From contig CAVTBK010000004.1 of assembly GCA_963732935.1 (NCBI GenBank), positions 258,327 through 322,326 of the forward strand: a DNA stretch of 64,000 bases. Reading direction: 5' to 3'. Source of the DNA: an uncultured Acidobacteriota bacterium. GTDB taxonomy: Bacteria > Acidobacteriota > Vicinamibacteria > Fen-336. The position numbers and the translations under genes were made by a program. Positions 1 to 9,776 of the stretch are shown piece by piece. Numbering within the stretch: the first letter of the stretch is position 1; each line of letters opens with the position of its first letter. The notes below the pieces were generated by a model that saw only the letters and a program-made list of their open reading frames with translations, was not told where the DNA came from and did not search any database.

Positions 1-1907
1 CTCCGCCGCTGCAGCTCCACCAGCGAGGAGTACTTCACCAGCGTTCGCCGGACGTCGAGGTTCTGCCCGTCGACCATGCGCTGGCCATGCTCGATCTCCT
101 GCTGGAGCCGGCCCGGGGACAGCTCGCCGCGACGCTCCGCGCCTTGGCGCTCGCGCAGCGTCGCCGCGAGCCCATGGCGTTCGAAGAGGTCGTCCTCCAG
201 GCTGATGAAGAACCGCGTCGTGCCGGGATCGCCCTGCCGTCCCGCCCGTCCGCGCAGCTGCCGGTCGATGCGTGCGCTCTCGTGGCGGTTGGTGCCGATC
301 ACGCAGAGCCCGCCGAGCCCCACCACCCGGGCGCGCTCCCGCTCGTCGCGCCCTCCCAGCCGGATGTCGGTCCCCCGCCCGGCCATGTTGGTCGAGATCG
401 TCACCGCACCCGGGAGGCCGGCGTCGGCGACGATCTCGGCCTCCTCCTGGTCGTGCTTCGCATTCAGCACCGCAGAGGCGATCCCCTGACGGCGAAGCTC
501 GTCCGCCAGCTGCTCCGACTCGTGGACGCTCGCGGTGCCCACCAGGACGGGTCGCCCTGCGGCGTGGAGGTTTCCGATCTCGTCGAGCAGCGCTCGCCGC
601 TTGGACTCGCGGTCGGAGAAGACGGCGTCGGGGAGGTCGACTCGCCGGCTGGGGACGTGGGGCGGCACGACGACCGTCTCGAGCCCATAGAACTCCTGCA
701 GCTCGTCGGCAGAGGGGCGCGCGGTGGCGGTCGTGCCGGCCAGGATCGGGTAGAGCCCGAGGAAGTGCTGCAGCGTGATCGAGCCCAGGATGCGGCCGGC
801 CGACCGCCGGGCCAGTCCTTCCTTGGCCTCGACCGCCGCCTGAAGGCCGTCGGGCCAGTGCCGGCGGTCCACCACGCGACCCGTGAGCTCGTCGACGATC
901 TCGATCCGGCCGTCGCGCACGAGGTAGTCCACGTCACGACGGAGCAGCGCCTCGGCGTGCAGCGCGCAGTGGACGGCCGCGATCAGGAGCTGGTTGTCCT
1001 CGGCGTGGAGCGGAGCGCAGCCGAGGGCCGCCTCCACCCGGTCAATGCCGGCGTCGAGCAGGAAGACGTTGCGCCGCTCGGCGTCCGTCTCGTAGTCGCG
1101 ACCGGGCACGAGCCAACGGGCGAGGGCAGCGAGCCCGTAGGCGTCCCGCTCGGGTCGCTCCTCGATGGCCGAGAGGACGAGAGGGATGCGCGCCTCGTCG
1201 ATCAGGACGGAGTCCGCCTCGTCGACCAGCGCGCAGTGGAGCGGCCGCTGCACCCGCTCGAGGGCCTGGTAGGCGATGCCGTCCCGCAGGAAATCGAAGC
1301 CCGCCTCCTTGGCCGTCAGGTAGGTGACGTCGGCTCGATAAGCCGCGCGCTTCTCGGCTGGCGGCATGCCCGCCTGCACGCAGCCGACCGACAGGCCCAG
1401 GAGACGGTAGGCCGGCCCCATCCAGGCGGCGTCCCTCCGCGCCAGGTAGTCGTTGACGGTCAGGACGTGGACGCCTCGGCCGGCGAAGGCGTGGCGTGCC
1501 GCCGCGAACACGATCGCCAGGGTCTTGCCCTCGCCGGTGGGCAACTCGGCGACACGGCCGCGCGCCATCCCCAGGCCCGCGATCATCTGCGTATCGAAGG
1601 GGTCGAGCCTTATCGCGCGCCGCGCCGCCTCCCGCACCAGGGCGAGGATCTCCCTCTCGATCTCGGCGGGGCGCAGGCCATCGACCGTCCGCCGGAGCTC
1701 GCGGGACCGGTCGGCGATGCTGCTGTCCGAGAGAATCGAGTACCCGCGGACCTTGGCCGAGGCGACGACCTCACGGTACGACTCGAGATCTGTCTCGACG
1801 GCCGAGCCCGAGACGGCGTGAAACACTCGCCCGAGAGTCGAGGAGAGGCGACGCTTCAAGGGCGAGGTGCGGCGAGACGTGCACGGCTCTCCAGCCGAGG
1901 ACGACAT
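1..1907 (-). CDS. secA: Preprotein translocase ATPase SecA, N-terminal ~635 aa; the C-terminal part lies beyond the window start
   Basis: Reverse-strand translation from ATG at 1907 (GGAGG 7 nt upstream) gives MSSSAGEP...LPTGEGKTLAIVFAAARHAFAGRGVHVLTVNDYLARRD (Walker A, DEAD motor) and, further on, ...GLPGAVTISTNMAGRGTDIRLGG. No stop before the window edge. The track omits it because the ORF is open at the edge. Confidence 0.9.
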   Translation of the reverse strand, partial: MSSSAGEPCTSRRTSPLKRRLSSTLGRVFHAVSGSAVETDLESYREVVASAKVRGYSILSDSSIADRSRELRRTVDGLRPAEIEREILALVREAARRAIRLDPFDTQMIAGLGMARGRVAELPTGEGKTLAIVFAAARHAFAGRGVHVLTVNDYLARRDAAWMGPAYRLLGLSVGCVQAGMPPAEKRAAYRADVTYLTAKEAGFDFLRDGIAYQALERVQRPLHCALVDEADSVLIDEARIPLVLSAIEERPERDAYGLAALARWLVPGRDYETDAERRNVFLLDAGIDRVEAALGCAPLHAEDNQLLIAAVHCALHAEALLRRDVDYLVRDGRIEIVDELTGRVVDRRHWPDGLQAAVEAKEGLARRSAGRILGSITLQHFLGLYPILAGTTATARPSADELQEFYGLETVVVPPHVPSRRVDLPDAVFSDRESKRRALLDEIGNLHAAGRPVLVGTASVHESEQLADELRRQGIASAVLNAKHDQEEAEIVADAGLPGAVTISTNMAGRGTDIRLGGRDERERARVVGLGGLCVIGTNRHESARIDRQLRGRAGRQGDPGTTRFFISLEDDLFERHGLAATLRERQGAERRGELSPGRLQQEIEHGQRMVDGQNLDVRRTLVKYSSLVELQRR

Positions 1908-1963
1908 GGGAGGACCTCCGGACCGGGTGTCGAAAGACAGGCTTCAGCGGGTGAACGAGGAGG

Positions 1964-2212
1964 TCAGATCTGCGGCGGCCCGCGCGGAGCGCGGGGGCGG
2001 GAGGCATCCCGCGAGGCGGGCGCGTTCGCGACGGCCCATTCCCGCCTCACCGCCGCGACCATGGGATCGCTCGGCAGGAGGAAGAGAAGCGGCAGCAGCA
2101 GCGGTGGGACCAGGACGGCGATCAGGAGCAGCGCGGAGACGACCAGCCAGAACCCGACCGCTCGACCGTAGCTGAACTCGATGCGCGAGAGCGTGCCCTG
2201 GTATCCCATCAC
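1964..2212 (-). CDS. Hypothetical small membrane protein (82 aa) upstream of secA
   Basis: ORF MMGYQGTLSRIEFSYGRAVGFWLVVSALLLIAVLV... with one hydrophobic helix and GC3-rich codons in its first two thirds. No recognisable family. Confidence 0.25.
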   Translation of the reverse strand: MMGYQGTLSRIEFSYGRAVGFWLVVSALLLIAVLVPPLLLPLLFLLPSDPMVAAVRREWAVANAPASRDASRPRAPRGPPQI

Positions 2213-2307
2213 TCAGTGCCTCTTTGCGAGGCTCCAGCAACACCCTACGACGGCGCCGGCGCGAAGGCAAACAGGTAACCCGCGGCGACAGCAGGCCCCA
2301 GGGCCGG

Positions 2308-4161
2308 CTACTCCCCGAGCGCGCCCCTCAGCTGCTCGATCCGCTCGTTCACCTGCGCGAGGCTCAGCTTGCGGAAGCGCGCGGGCAGGAAGCGGGTGTC
2401 GGTGCACTCCTTGACCGCCAGGAGGTCCATGAGCTGCAGCCGTTCGACGTGCGCGGAGGGGCGGAAGTCCGCGATCGCCGACTCGATGCAGTCCGGCAGC
2501 GGCTGCGGCTGTCCCTGGCCTCGCTCGGCCGCGTCCAGCGAGGCCTCGTGGGTACGCAGCGCGCGGACCAGGATCCCCTCCATCTCGTTGCCGCCGATCT
2601 GGTCGTTGTCGGGCAGGGTCGGAAGCTCCTCGGGCGCGCAGGGCAGCTTGAGCTTGTGCGCCATCGCGGCGAAGAGGCCCGCGCGCCCGGCGGCGTCACC
2701 GGGCGGGAAGAGGGGGATGTGGACGTCGAGCCGGCCCTGGCGCTTGAGGTCCACCTCCAGCAGGTCCGGGCGCGAGGTGGCGAAGATCCAGACGATCTTT
2801 CCCCGGTTGCGCGTGTCCGACATCTCCTTGGCGAGCATCGCGTAGACGCGGCCCGAGAGCCCCGAGTCGGAGTCGCCGCCGCCGCGCTTGCCGGTCATCT
2901 GGTCCGCCTCGTCCACGAACACGATCACCTGGCCGAGCGCGTGCAGGATCGCGAACACCTTCTCCAGGTTCCCCTCGGTGGCGCCCACCCACTTCTCGCG
3001 GAAGTTCCGGAGCTCCACGCAAGGGATGCCGATCTCGCCGGCCAGGCACTCGACCAGATAGGTCTTGCCGGTGCCGATGCGGCCGGTCAGCAGGTAGCCC
3101 ATCGGGATCGCCATCGCGCGCCCGCGCCGCAGCAGGATCGCGTCCTCGCGCAGCCAGGCCTTGGCCTCGACGTGGCCGGCCACGTCGTCGAGGGTACGGC
3201 TCGACTCCAGGAACTCCAGACGGCCCGCGGCCTCCTTCTCGATCAGCTCCTTCTTCACCCGGGTCAGATAGGCGCCGGTGATGCGCTCGCCGCCGCTGAG
3301 GGCGCGCCTGACCAGCGTTCGGATCGAGACCCGCGAGAGGCCCACCAGCTTGTCGGCCAGGGCCTCCCTCGGCACGTCGCTCGCCTGCTCGTACGCGGTG
3401 CCCTCGGGCAGCAGGTCCGCGACGAAGCTGCGGATCTCGTCCGCGTTCGGCAGCGAGATCCGGATCTTCGCGCTGTACGGGCTCTCGACCAGCGCCCGGT
3501 TGAGGTCGCTGAGGTTCTCACTGATCAGGACGGTCGCGACGAAGGCGCTGGTCACGTCGGGGTTGGCCGCCCAGTCCTGGATCTGGATCAGCGTCTGGCT
3601 GAGGTCGGCCACGTAGATCGGGTCCCCCTGCGGGACGATGAACTGCGCGTAGTCCAGGATCACGGCGACCTTGAGCGGGCTCGCCACCCCCTTGCCGTCC
3701 TGCACCACCGTGCGCCGGCGCGCGAAGGCAAGGATGCGGTCGACGATCTCGAGCGCGCGCTTGGGATCGCGCGGGAGCTGGTCGCGCAGGTCGAGACGGT
3801 CGAGCTTCTCGGCGACGGCGGCGAAGGCCCCGGGCGCGCCGCGGAACGCGTCGACGCCCTTCAGGAAGCGGAACACCTCCTCGACGCCCTTGTAGGCGTC
3901 GGCCCGCCGGCTGTCGGGCGGCTCGATGCGGATGCCGCGGCCACGGTCGTAGCGCACGACCACGTCGAACGGCTGGAACATGGTGCCGGCCAGGAAGTCC
4001 GTGAGCGAGACCCAGCTCGAGCCGCGCTTACCGTCCGGCGCCGGCACCAGGTCGAAGACGTTGCCGTGCAGCACGAACTGGCTGGTGGCCCCGGCCCGGA
4101 AGACCTGGCGCATCTCCTCGGCCCAGGCGGGAAGGCCCGCGCTCGCTATGGGGTCAGACAT
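2308..4161 (-). CDS. AAA+ ATPase (classic clade) with a ~350-aa N-terminal domain of unknown function
   Basis: Start at MSDPIASAG (ATG 4161, RBS GGAGAGGAG). Walker A GRIGTGKT, Walker B VIVFVDEADQ, SRH-like ATSRPDLLEVDLKRQGRLD. The track ORF begins 18 codons earlier at 4215. Confidence 0.8.
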   Translation of the reverse strand: MSDPIASAGLPAWAEEMRQVFRAGATSQFVLHGNVFDLVPAPDGKRGSSWVSLTDFLAGTMFQPFDVVVRYDRGRGIRIEPPDSRRADAYKGVEEVFRFLKGVDAFRGAPGAFAAVAEKLDRLDLRDQLPRDPKRALEIVDRILAFARRRTVVQDGKGVASPLKVAVILDYAQFIVPQGDPIYVADLSQTLIQIQDWAANPDVTSAFVATVLISENLSDLNRALVESPYSAKIRISLPNADEIRSFVADLLPEGTAYEQASDVPREALADKLVGLSRVSIRTLVRRALSGGERITGAYLTRVKKELIEKEAAGRLEFLESSRTLDDVAGHVEAKAWLREDAILLRRGRAMAIPMGYLLTGRIGTGKTYLVECLAGEIGIPCVELRNFREKWVGATEGNLEKVFAILHALGQVIVFVDEADQMTGKRGGGDSDSGLSGRVYAMLAKEMSDTRNRGKIVWIFATSRPDLLEVDLKRQGRLDVHIPLFPPGDAAGRAGLFAAMAHKLKLPCAPEELPTLPDNDQIGGNEMEGILVRALRTHEASLDAAERGQGQPQPLPDCIESAIADFRPSAHVERLQLMDLLAVKECTDTRFLPARFRKLSLAQVNERIEQLRGALGE

Positions 4162-4444
4162 CGCGGAACTCCTCTCCTCGACATGGCGCCCTTTCGTGCT
4201 GCGCGGACTTTGCATTCTACCGGTACTGCGGGGCGGTGGGCCGCTTGACTCGGCGACGCTGGGCCTCTGCCTTCCAGGACACGCGCGGCTCTCCTCTACT
4301 CGCTCCTCTTCGCCTGCCTGGCCATCGCAGGCGAGTGGTTTTCGGGTGCCCTCGGCCTCAACGCGCCGCCGGCAACGCCTTCGCCGCCTTCCAGAGGCTG
4401 CCCTAGCATGCGCCGACCGAGATCCCCGAAGTTGGTGGCGTCCG

Positions 4445-5365
4445 CTAGCGTTGCCTCTGACCCACGCGCGGCGCCCGGGGGCGCGGCGGGGAGGCGGGTT
4501 CCTCCTCGGCGACCGCGCCGACCGCTCGCGGCACTGGCGGAAGCGTCGTGTCGAGGTCGCCGGAGCTCAGGTCGCTGAACAGTTCCGCGTGCTGGTCCAT
4601 CCAGCGCGAGGTCTCGCTGAGCGTCGCGGAGACGGAGTCCAGCCGCGCCGAGAGGGCCTCGGGCGAGCCGCTGACGGCGCTCTCCTCGCGCACCAGACGC
4701 ACCTGCTGCTCGATCCGCTCCAGCTCCGCGTCGATCACCGCCAGGTTGTTGGTGGCGGTGTCCAGGTTGGCGAGGCGCTTCTCCTGGATCTCGAGCGTCG
4801 CCCGGAGCGAGCGGGCGAGCGCGCCCTCGGGATCGGCGACACCGGCGACGCGGGTGCGGACCGATTCGATGCTGGCCTGGAGCTGCCGGCGGTCCACCCG
4901 GGCGAGAGTGTCCTGGATCGACTCGCGCGAGGAGAGCAGGCGCAGGAAGAGCCAGAGCAGCTGGTTCAGGTTGCCGGCGCGGAAGTCCGCGATCTTGCTC
5001 TCGTCGAAGTCGCCCAGGCCGAGGATCTCGCGGCACTGCATCACGAGAGCGCGGTAGCGCGACTGGGACGCCGGCTGCAGCCGCTCGTAGGCCCGCTGCA
5101 TGGTCACCTCGGCGCCCTCGGCGCGCGCCGCGATGCGCTCGGCGTCGATGAGCTTCTGGAAACGCGCGCTCGAGGAGCGCCCGCCCACCATCGCGACGAT
5201 CAAGGCCAGCCCGAGCAGCCAGAAGCCGGGATTGAAGAACCCGGCGAGCCCGAAGGCCGCCAGCAGCATCTGGGTGAGCGGCATGGCGCCGAACGCGCGC
5301 GAGCGGACCGGCTTCCAGAAGGCGGCCTTCACGTAGTCCCAGAAGGACAGCGGTGCGCCGGACAT
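4445..5365 (-). CDS. Membrane-anchored coiled-coil protein (306 aa), unknown function
   Basis: Two N-terminal hydrophobic helices (LTQMLLAAFGLAGFF / FWLLGLALIVAMVGG), then ~230 aa predicted alpha-helical coiled coil rich in A/R/E/L/Q. Starts 18 nt after the stop of the ABC ATPase gene on the same strand. Confidence 0.6.
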   Translation of the reverse strand: MSGAPLSFWDYVKAAFWKPVRSRAFGAMPLTQMLLAAFGLAGFFNPGFWLLGLALIVAMVGGRSSSARFQKLIDAERIAARAEGAEVTMQRAYERLQPASQSRYRALVMQCREILGLGDFDESKIADFRAGNLNQLLWLFLRLLSSRESIQDTLARVDRRQLQASIESVRTRVAGVADPEGALARSLRATLEIQEKRLANLDTATNNLAVIDAELERIEQQVRLVREESAVSGSPEALSARLDSVSATLSETSRWMDQHAELFSDLSSGDLDTTLPPVPRAVGAVAEEEPASPPRPRAPRVGQRQR

Positions 5366-5382
5366 GCCCCTCTACCTTCTCC

Positions 5383-6207
5383 TCACTTCCGCCCCTCGGC
5401 GGCACGGAAGGCGTGCGCCACCTCGTCCACCACCGCCTTGAACTCGCCCGTGCCCTGCACGACGATCGGGTCGGCGTCCCGCGTCTTCGGGATGCCGTCC
5501 TGGAACTGCCGCACGATCCTCCCCGGGCCCGGGCTCATCACCCAGACCCGATCGCCGAGGTAGACGGCTTCCGCGATCGAGTGGGTGATGATCATCACGG
5601 TCGTCTCGACCTCGTGCCACAGCTCCATGATCAGCTGCTGCATCTCGTAGCGGGTCGGCTCGTCGAGCGCCGAGAAGGGCTCGTCCATCAGGATGATCTG
5701 CGGCTTCAGCACCAGCGTGCGCGCGATCGCGACCCGCTGCTGCTGGCCGCCCGAGAGCTGGTGGGGGTACTTGTACTCGTGGCCGGCGAGCCCCACCTTC
5801 TTCACCCACTCGTGGGCCTTCGCCTCGCGCTCGGGGCGGGAGAGCCGGAGCACGTCCTGGTTCAGCTCCAGGCCGAAGGTGACGTTGTCGAGCACGGTAC
5901 GGTGCGGGAACGAGCTGTACTTCTGGAAGATCATCCCGCGGTCGCGCCCGGGGCCGCTCACCTCGCGCCCGTGCACGAGCACGGCACCGCTGGTGGGCGG
6001 ATAGACGTCCGCGAAGCCCTGGATCAGGTTCAGCAGGGTCGACTTGCCGCAGCCGGAGGGCCCCACGATCGCCACGAACTCGCCGTAGCCGGGGATGTCG
6101 TCGATCCGGAAGCTGACGTCCTGGAGCGCCGTGTAGGGGGAGCGCCCGCCCAGGTCGAAGGTCTTGGTGACGTTCCTGAACTCGATGACCGGCGGCAGGC
6201 TGCTCAT
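5383..6207 (-). CDS. ABC transporter ATP-binding protein, NitT/TauT (SsuB/TauB/NrtD-like) family
   Basis: Internal ATG at 6207 gives MSSLPPVIEFRNVTKTF...GPSGCGKSTLL (Walker A), LSGGQQQRVAIARTL (signature), ILMDEPFSALD (Walker B), ITHSIAEA (H-loop). The ATG overlaps the permease stop (ATGA). The 525-aa track ORF is an upstream out-of-frame extension. Confidence 0.9.
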   Translation of the reverse strand: MSSLPPVIEFRNVTKTFDLGGRSPYTALQDVSFRIDDIPGYGEFVAIVGPSGCGKSTLLNLIQGFADVYPPTSGAVLVHGREVSGPGRDRGMIFQKYSSFPHRTVLDNVTFGLELNQDVLRLSRPEREAKAHEWVKKVGLAGHEYKYPHQLSGGQQQRVAIARTLVLKPQIILMDEPFSALDEPTRYEMQQLIMELWHEVETTVMIITHSIAEAVYLGDRVWVMSPGPGRIVRQFQDGIPKTRDADPIVVQGTGEFKAVVDEVAHAFRAAEGRK

Positions 6208-7078
6208 CGCTTGTTCGCCCGATAGGGGAAGAGCCAGCGACCCACGGTTGCCCACACCTTGTCGGTGAGGAAGGCGACCACCACGATCACCAGCAGCACC
6301 AGGTAGATGTGCTCGCGGGGCCCGCGGCGCTGCGAGGTGATGATGATGCCGCCTAGACCTCGGCCGACGTCGACCATCTCGGCGAGCAGGATGTAGCTCC
6401 AGCCGACCCCGAAGCCGAGCCGCATCGCCTGGTAGATGTCGGGCCACGAGATCGGCAGCAGCACGTGGCCGACGGCCTGGGTCTTGGAGGCGCCGAGCGT
6501 GTAGGCGGTCTTGAGGTAGGTGTCGTCGACCCCGTCCACGGCCGCTACGAACAGCGGCACCAGGTAGATCATGAAGGCGAGCGCCAGGAACATGACCTTC
6601 TGCATCTCGCCTGTGCCGAAGAGGGACAGGGTGAGAGGCACCAGGGTCGGGATCGGCAGGTAGGCCCCGAAGATCGTGAGCGGCGTGAAGGCCGCCTTGA
6701 CCTTGGTGAAGGAGCCCATCAGGACGCCGAGCGGGAAGGCCAGCGCGGCCGCCAGCGCGAAGCCTTCCACGACCCGGGTGAAGGAGACGGCCAGGTTGCG
6801 GGTGAGCGCCCGGTCGAACCACAGCATCGGGAACGAGCGCACGACCTCGAGCGGCGAGGGCAGGATGGTCGGCGAGATCACCCGCTCTTCCGCCGCTCCC
6901 GCCGTCACCGCAGCCCAGAGCGCCAGCAGCACGGCGACCGGCACCATCCCGAGGAGCCACGAGACCCAGGCGGGCAGCGGCTCGCGGATCCGCAGCAGGC
7001 CGGCGTAGACCGACGGCGCCGGCGGCGTCCCCGGCCGCAGCCGTGGGCCGTCCGCCGGCGCGGACGCGCTGCTCGTCA
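6204..7078 (-). CDS. ABC transporter permease, NitT/TauT family
   Basis: GTG at 7078 overlaps the TGA of the upstream binding-protein gene (GTGA). Six predicted TM helices. The ...LYLKTAYTLGASKTQAVGHVLLP... region matches the EAA-loop area of SsuC/TauC-type permeases. Confidence 0.85.
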
Positions 7079-8803
7079 CTTCGATTCCGGCGGGTAGACC
7101 GAGATCTCCACGCGCCGGTTGAGGGCCTGGTTCATCGGGTCGTCCGGGTCCGCCGGCTCGTCCCAGGCCTTGCCCTCGACCGCGAACTTGTTGGGATCGA
7201 AGCCGTACTTCTTGACCAGCGCCTGCTTGACCGCCTCGGCCCGGTCGGTCGAGAGCGCCTTGACGTCCTGGTAGCGCGTGCCCCGGCCCTTCATCGAGGA
7301 GTCGGTGTGCCCGATCACGGCGATCACGGCGCGCTCGTACTGGCCCACCAGGCGCGCGACCTTCTCGAGCGTCGCGGAGACGCTCGGGTCGTAGAGGGTG
7401 TTCGGCACCACCTTGCCGGTCTCGTCGTGCTGCGGCTCGAACACGTTCGCCGAGTTGGGGTAGAAGTTGATGCGGATGGTCTGGGTGAGGATGGGCGACT
7501 CCGCCGAGACCTTGCGGTAGGTCGTGGGGGCGAAGCTGGCGCGGTTCTCGTCCTTCTGGTGCGCGAAGGTCCCGGCGCGGTCCAGGTCCTTGATCACCGA
7601 GAAGTCCATCACCTCGTCGAAGCGCGTCGGCGTGTCGACCAGCCCCAGCTCGCGGTAGACGAAGTTCACGTTCTTCCAGGTGCGCTCGAAGTTCGCCGGG
7701 TCGTTGGCGTTCAGGAAGAAGTTCTTGTTCTCGGCGAAGTTCGTGGAATGCGCGTCGTTCGCCATCGCGCGCACCTCGTCGGCCTGCATGCCGTAGCCGT
7801 CCGCCATCCACTGGTAGGCCTTTTCGCGCTGGGTCGGGTCCTTGAGCCGGTCCATGCCCTCGAAGATCCCGGCCACCAGGCCCTTGATCACCTCGGGGTG
7901 GTCCTTGGCAAAGTCGGCGCGCGCCGCCCAGACGTCGGCGATCAGCTTGTTGGCCTCGGCGGTGGTGGTCAGGATCCGAGTGCCCTTCACCTTCTCGGGG
8001 ATGTTGTAGATGTCGGGCGCCCAGGAGACGCAGGCGTCGATCGACTTGTCGGCGACGAAGGCGGCGGCGGCCTCGAAGGCGGTGGCCGTGAACTTGTGCT
8101 TGACGGCCGAGGGCTGGACGCCGGCGTTCAGCAGCAGGTTGTTGATGAAGTACTGGGAGGGCGAGTTCTGGGCGTAGACGACGGTCTTGCCCTTGAGATC
8201 GGCGACCGAGTGGACGTCACCGCGCACCACGATGCCGTCGCCGCCCGAGGACCAGTCGATCTGCTGGAAGACGCGCGGGGCGCTGCGCGAGTCCCTCATC
8301 AGGTCGGGCGCGAAGAGCACGATCATGTCGAGGGTGCCCCAGAGCACGTGGCTGTCGCCCGCGGCGAAGGCGTCCCGGGCCACGACCGGGTCGTCGATCA
8401 GCTTGAGGTTGACCTTGAAGCCGTACTTCTTGGCGAAGATCGAGTCGGCGTTGGGAGCGAAGCCTCCGTTGGCGGCGACGATCGGCAGCCAGCCGATCCA
8501 GACGTTGATCGGGAAGTTGACGACCTTCTGCTGCGGGTCCCACTTGTAGGCCGAGACGCCCTTCACCGGCGGCAGCTTCTCGCCCGGCGTGTACTTGTAC
8601 TCGCTGACGGTGGTGATCCCCTTGGCGTCGGGCGCCTCCACCTTCTTGAACTGGTCGAGGTCCACGAGACCGCCGCCGCTGCGGCCGGAGGGCGCGATCA
8701 GACCGCGGAAGTACCAGGCGGCCCCGGCCAGGCACGCCACCACGAAGAGGAACAGGACCAGCTTCCCGAGGCTGGTCGGCCCGACCTTCGCCTGATCTTC
8801 CAT
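7076..8803 (-). CDS. Membrane-anchored NMT1/SsuA/TauA-like substrate-binding protein with a C-terminal OmpA-like peptidoglycan-binding domain
   Basis: N-terminal TM helix (LVLFLFVVACLAGAAWYF); central ~330 aa periplasmic binding domain (…KGKTVVYAQNSPSQYFINNLLLNAGVQP…ACVSWAPDIYN…); last ~120 aa NFYPNSANVFEP…AVIAVIGHTDSSMKGRGTRYQDVKALSTDRAEAVKQALVKKYG…NRRVEISV is a typical OmpA C-terminal domain. Confidence 0.85.
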   Translation of the reverse strand: MEDQAKVGPTSLGKLVLFLFVVACLAGAAWYFRGLIAPSGRSGGGLVDLDQFKKVEAPDAKGITTVSEYKYTPGEKLPPVKGVSAYKWDPQQKVVNFPINVWIGWLPIVAANGGFAPNADSIFAKKYGFKVNLKLIDDPVVARDAFAAGDSHVLWGTLDMIVLFAPDLMRDSRSAPRVFQQIDWSSGGDGIVVRGDVHSVADLKGKTVVYAQNSPSQYFINNLLLNAGVQPSAVKHKFTATAFEAAAAFVADKSIDACVSWAPDIYNIPEKVKGTRILTTTAEANKLIADVWAARADFAKDHPEVIKGLVAGIFEGMDRLKDPTQREKAYQWMADGYGMQADEVRAMANDAHSTNFAENKNFFLNANDPANFERTWKNVNFVYRELGLVDTPTRFDEVMDFSVIKDLDRAGTFAHQKDENRASFAPTTYRKVSAESPILTQTIRINFYPNSANVFEPQHDETGKVVPNTLYDPSVSATLEKVARLVGQYERAVIAVIGHTDSSMKGRGTRYQDVKALSTDRAEAVKQALVKKYGFDPNKFAVEGKAWDEPADPDDPMNQALNRRVEISVYPPESK

Positions 8804-8902
8804 CTTCTCGCTCCGTTTCCGTTCTCACGAGAGCCCCGGTCGCCCGGGTGCTCGGTCCACTACCCCTCCGCGACGGTCCGCGCTGCGCTCGTCCCGCCAG
8901 CG

Positions 8903-9661
8903 CTATCCCTGCTTCTCCGGCCCCATGTCCTTGGCGGGCGGCGGCGGCGCGGCGGCGGGGGCCTCGGCGGCCTTGTCTGCCGGGACGTCGATGCCGTAGG
9001 CGGCGGCGAACTCGTTGAGCGCCGCGTCCGCGAGCGCCTGCTGCTCGGCTTCCATCAGCTCCACCTTCGAGGTGTCGACGGTCGAGGAGGCGACGCGCGC
9101 GCGGCCGGCCGCCTTGTCGCGACGCTCGGTCAGGTACTCCTCGACGCGGTTCAACGTGTCGCCCGAGCCCCCGATCGAGGAGACCATGCCGGTCGCCATC
9201 TCCTGGAGCTCCGCCTGGGCCTCCAGCATCTCCGTCTCGCTCATCATCCGCTTCAGCTTCTCGATCTTGTTCTGCGCCTCGCGCACGGAGACGTCACGCG
9301 CCTGGACCAGCTTCTTGTAGGTGGCCTCGCCCGCCTCGAGCTGCCTGCGGTTCTCCTCGAGCTGCTCCTTGACGGTCCTGAGCTGGAGGGCGTACTGCCC
9401 CGCCGCGCCGCGGTTGCCGACCTTCAGGTTGGCGGTCGCCTTGGCGGCGAGGTCATGCTCCTGCCTCTCGAGGTTCTTCACCTGGCGCAGCAGCCGCTCG
9501 CAGAAACCGGCGTGGGTGGCGAGGTTGTCGTTGAAGCGCGCGATCTGGCTGCGCAGGTTCTCCCGCTCCGCTTCGATCAGGGCCTTCGGGTTCTGCCGTT
9601 CGATTCCGGAGATGAACAGGCTGAGGAACCCCTTGAAGAGGTTCGCGATACGGCTGAACAT
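8903..9661 (-). CDS. pspA: PspA/IM30 (Vipp1) family protein
   Basis: MFSRIANLFKGFLSLFISGIERQNPKALIEAERENLRSQIARF… has the characteristic N-terminal amphipathic helix followed by a long coiled coil with an A/P-rich C-terminal tail. Confidence 0.9.
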   Translation of the reverse strand: MFSRIANLFKGFLSLFISGIERQNPKALIEAERENLRSQIARFNDNLATHAGFCERLLRQVKNLERQEHDLAAKATANLKVGNRGAAGQYALQLRTVKEQLEENRRQLEAGEATYKKLVQARDVSVREAQNKIEKLKRMMSETEMLEAQAELQEMATGMVSSIGGSGDTLNRVEEYLTERRDKAAGRARVASSTVDTSKVELMEAEQQALADAALNEFAAAYGIDVPADKAAEAPAAAPPPPAKDMGPEKQG

Positions 9662-9776
9662 GGCGGCTCTCCTCGCGGGCGTCGACCGGCTCGGGCCCGC
9701 ACCATCTGTTATCTACGAGATCCCGCCGGGCGGGGTTGCATCGACGAGCCGAGGCTAACAACCAAGTCGCTGTCCG

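Noticed and set aside
87-2171. 694-aa plus-strand ORF (and the overlapping 76-489, 272-778, 464-937, 1453-2175 ORFs) across the first 2 kb
   Set aside because: Antisense or out-of-frame shadows of the secA gene on the minus strand. R/A/G/P-rich low-complexity translation typical of non-coding frames in 70% GC DNA. The minus-strand SecA translation is unambiguous
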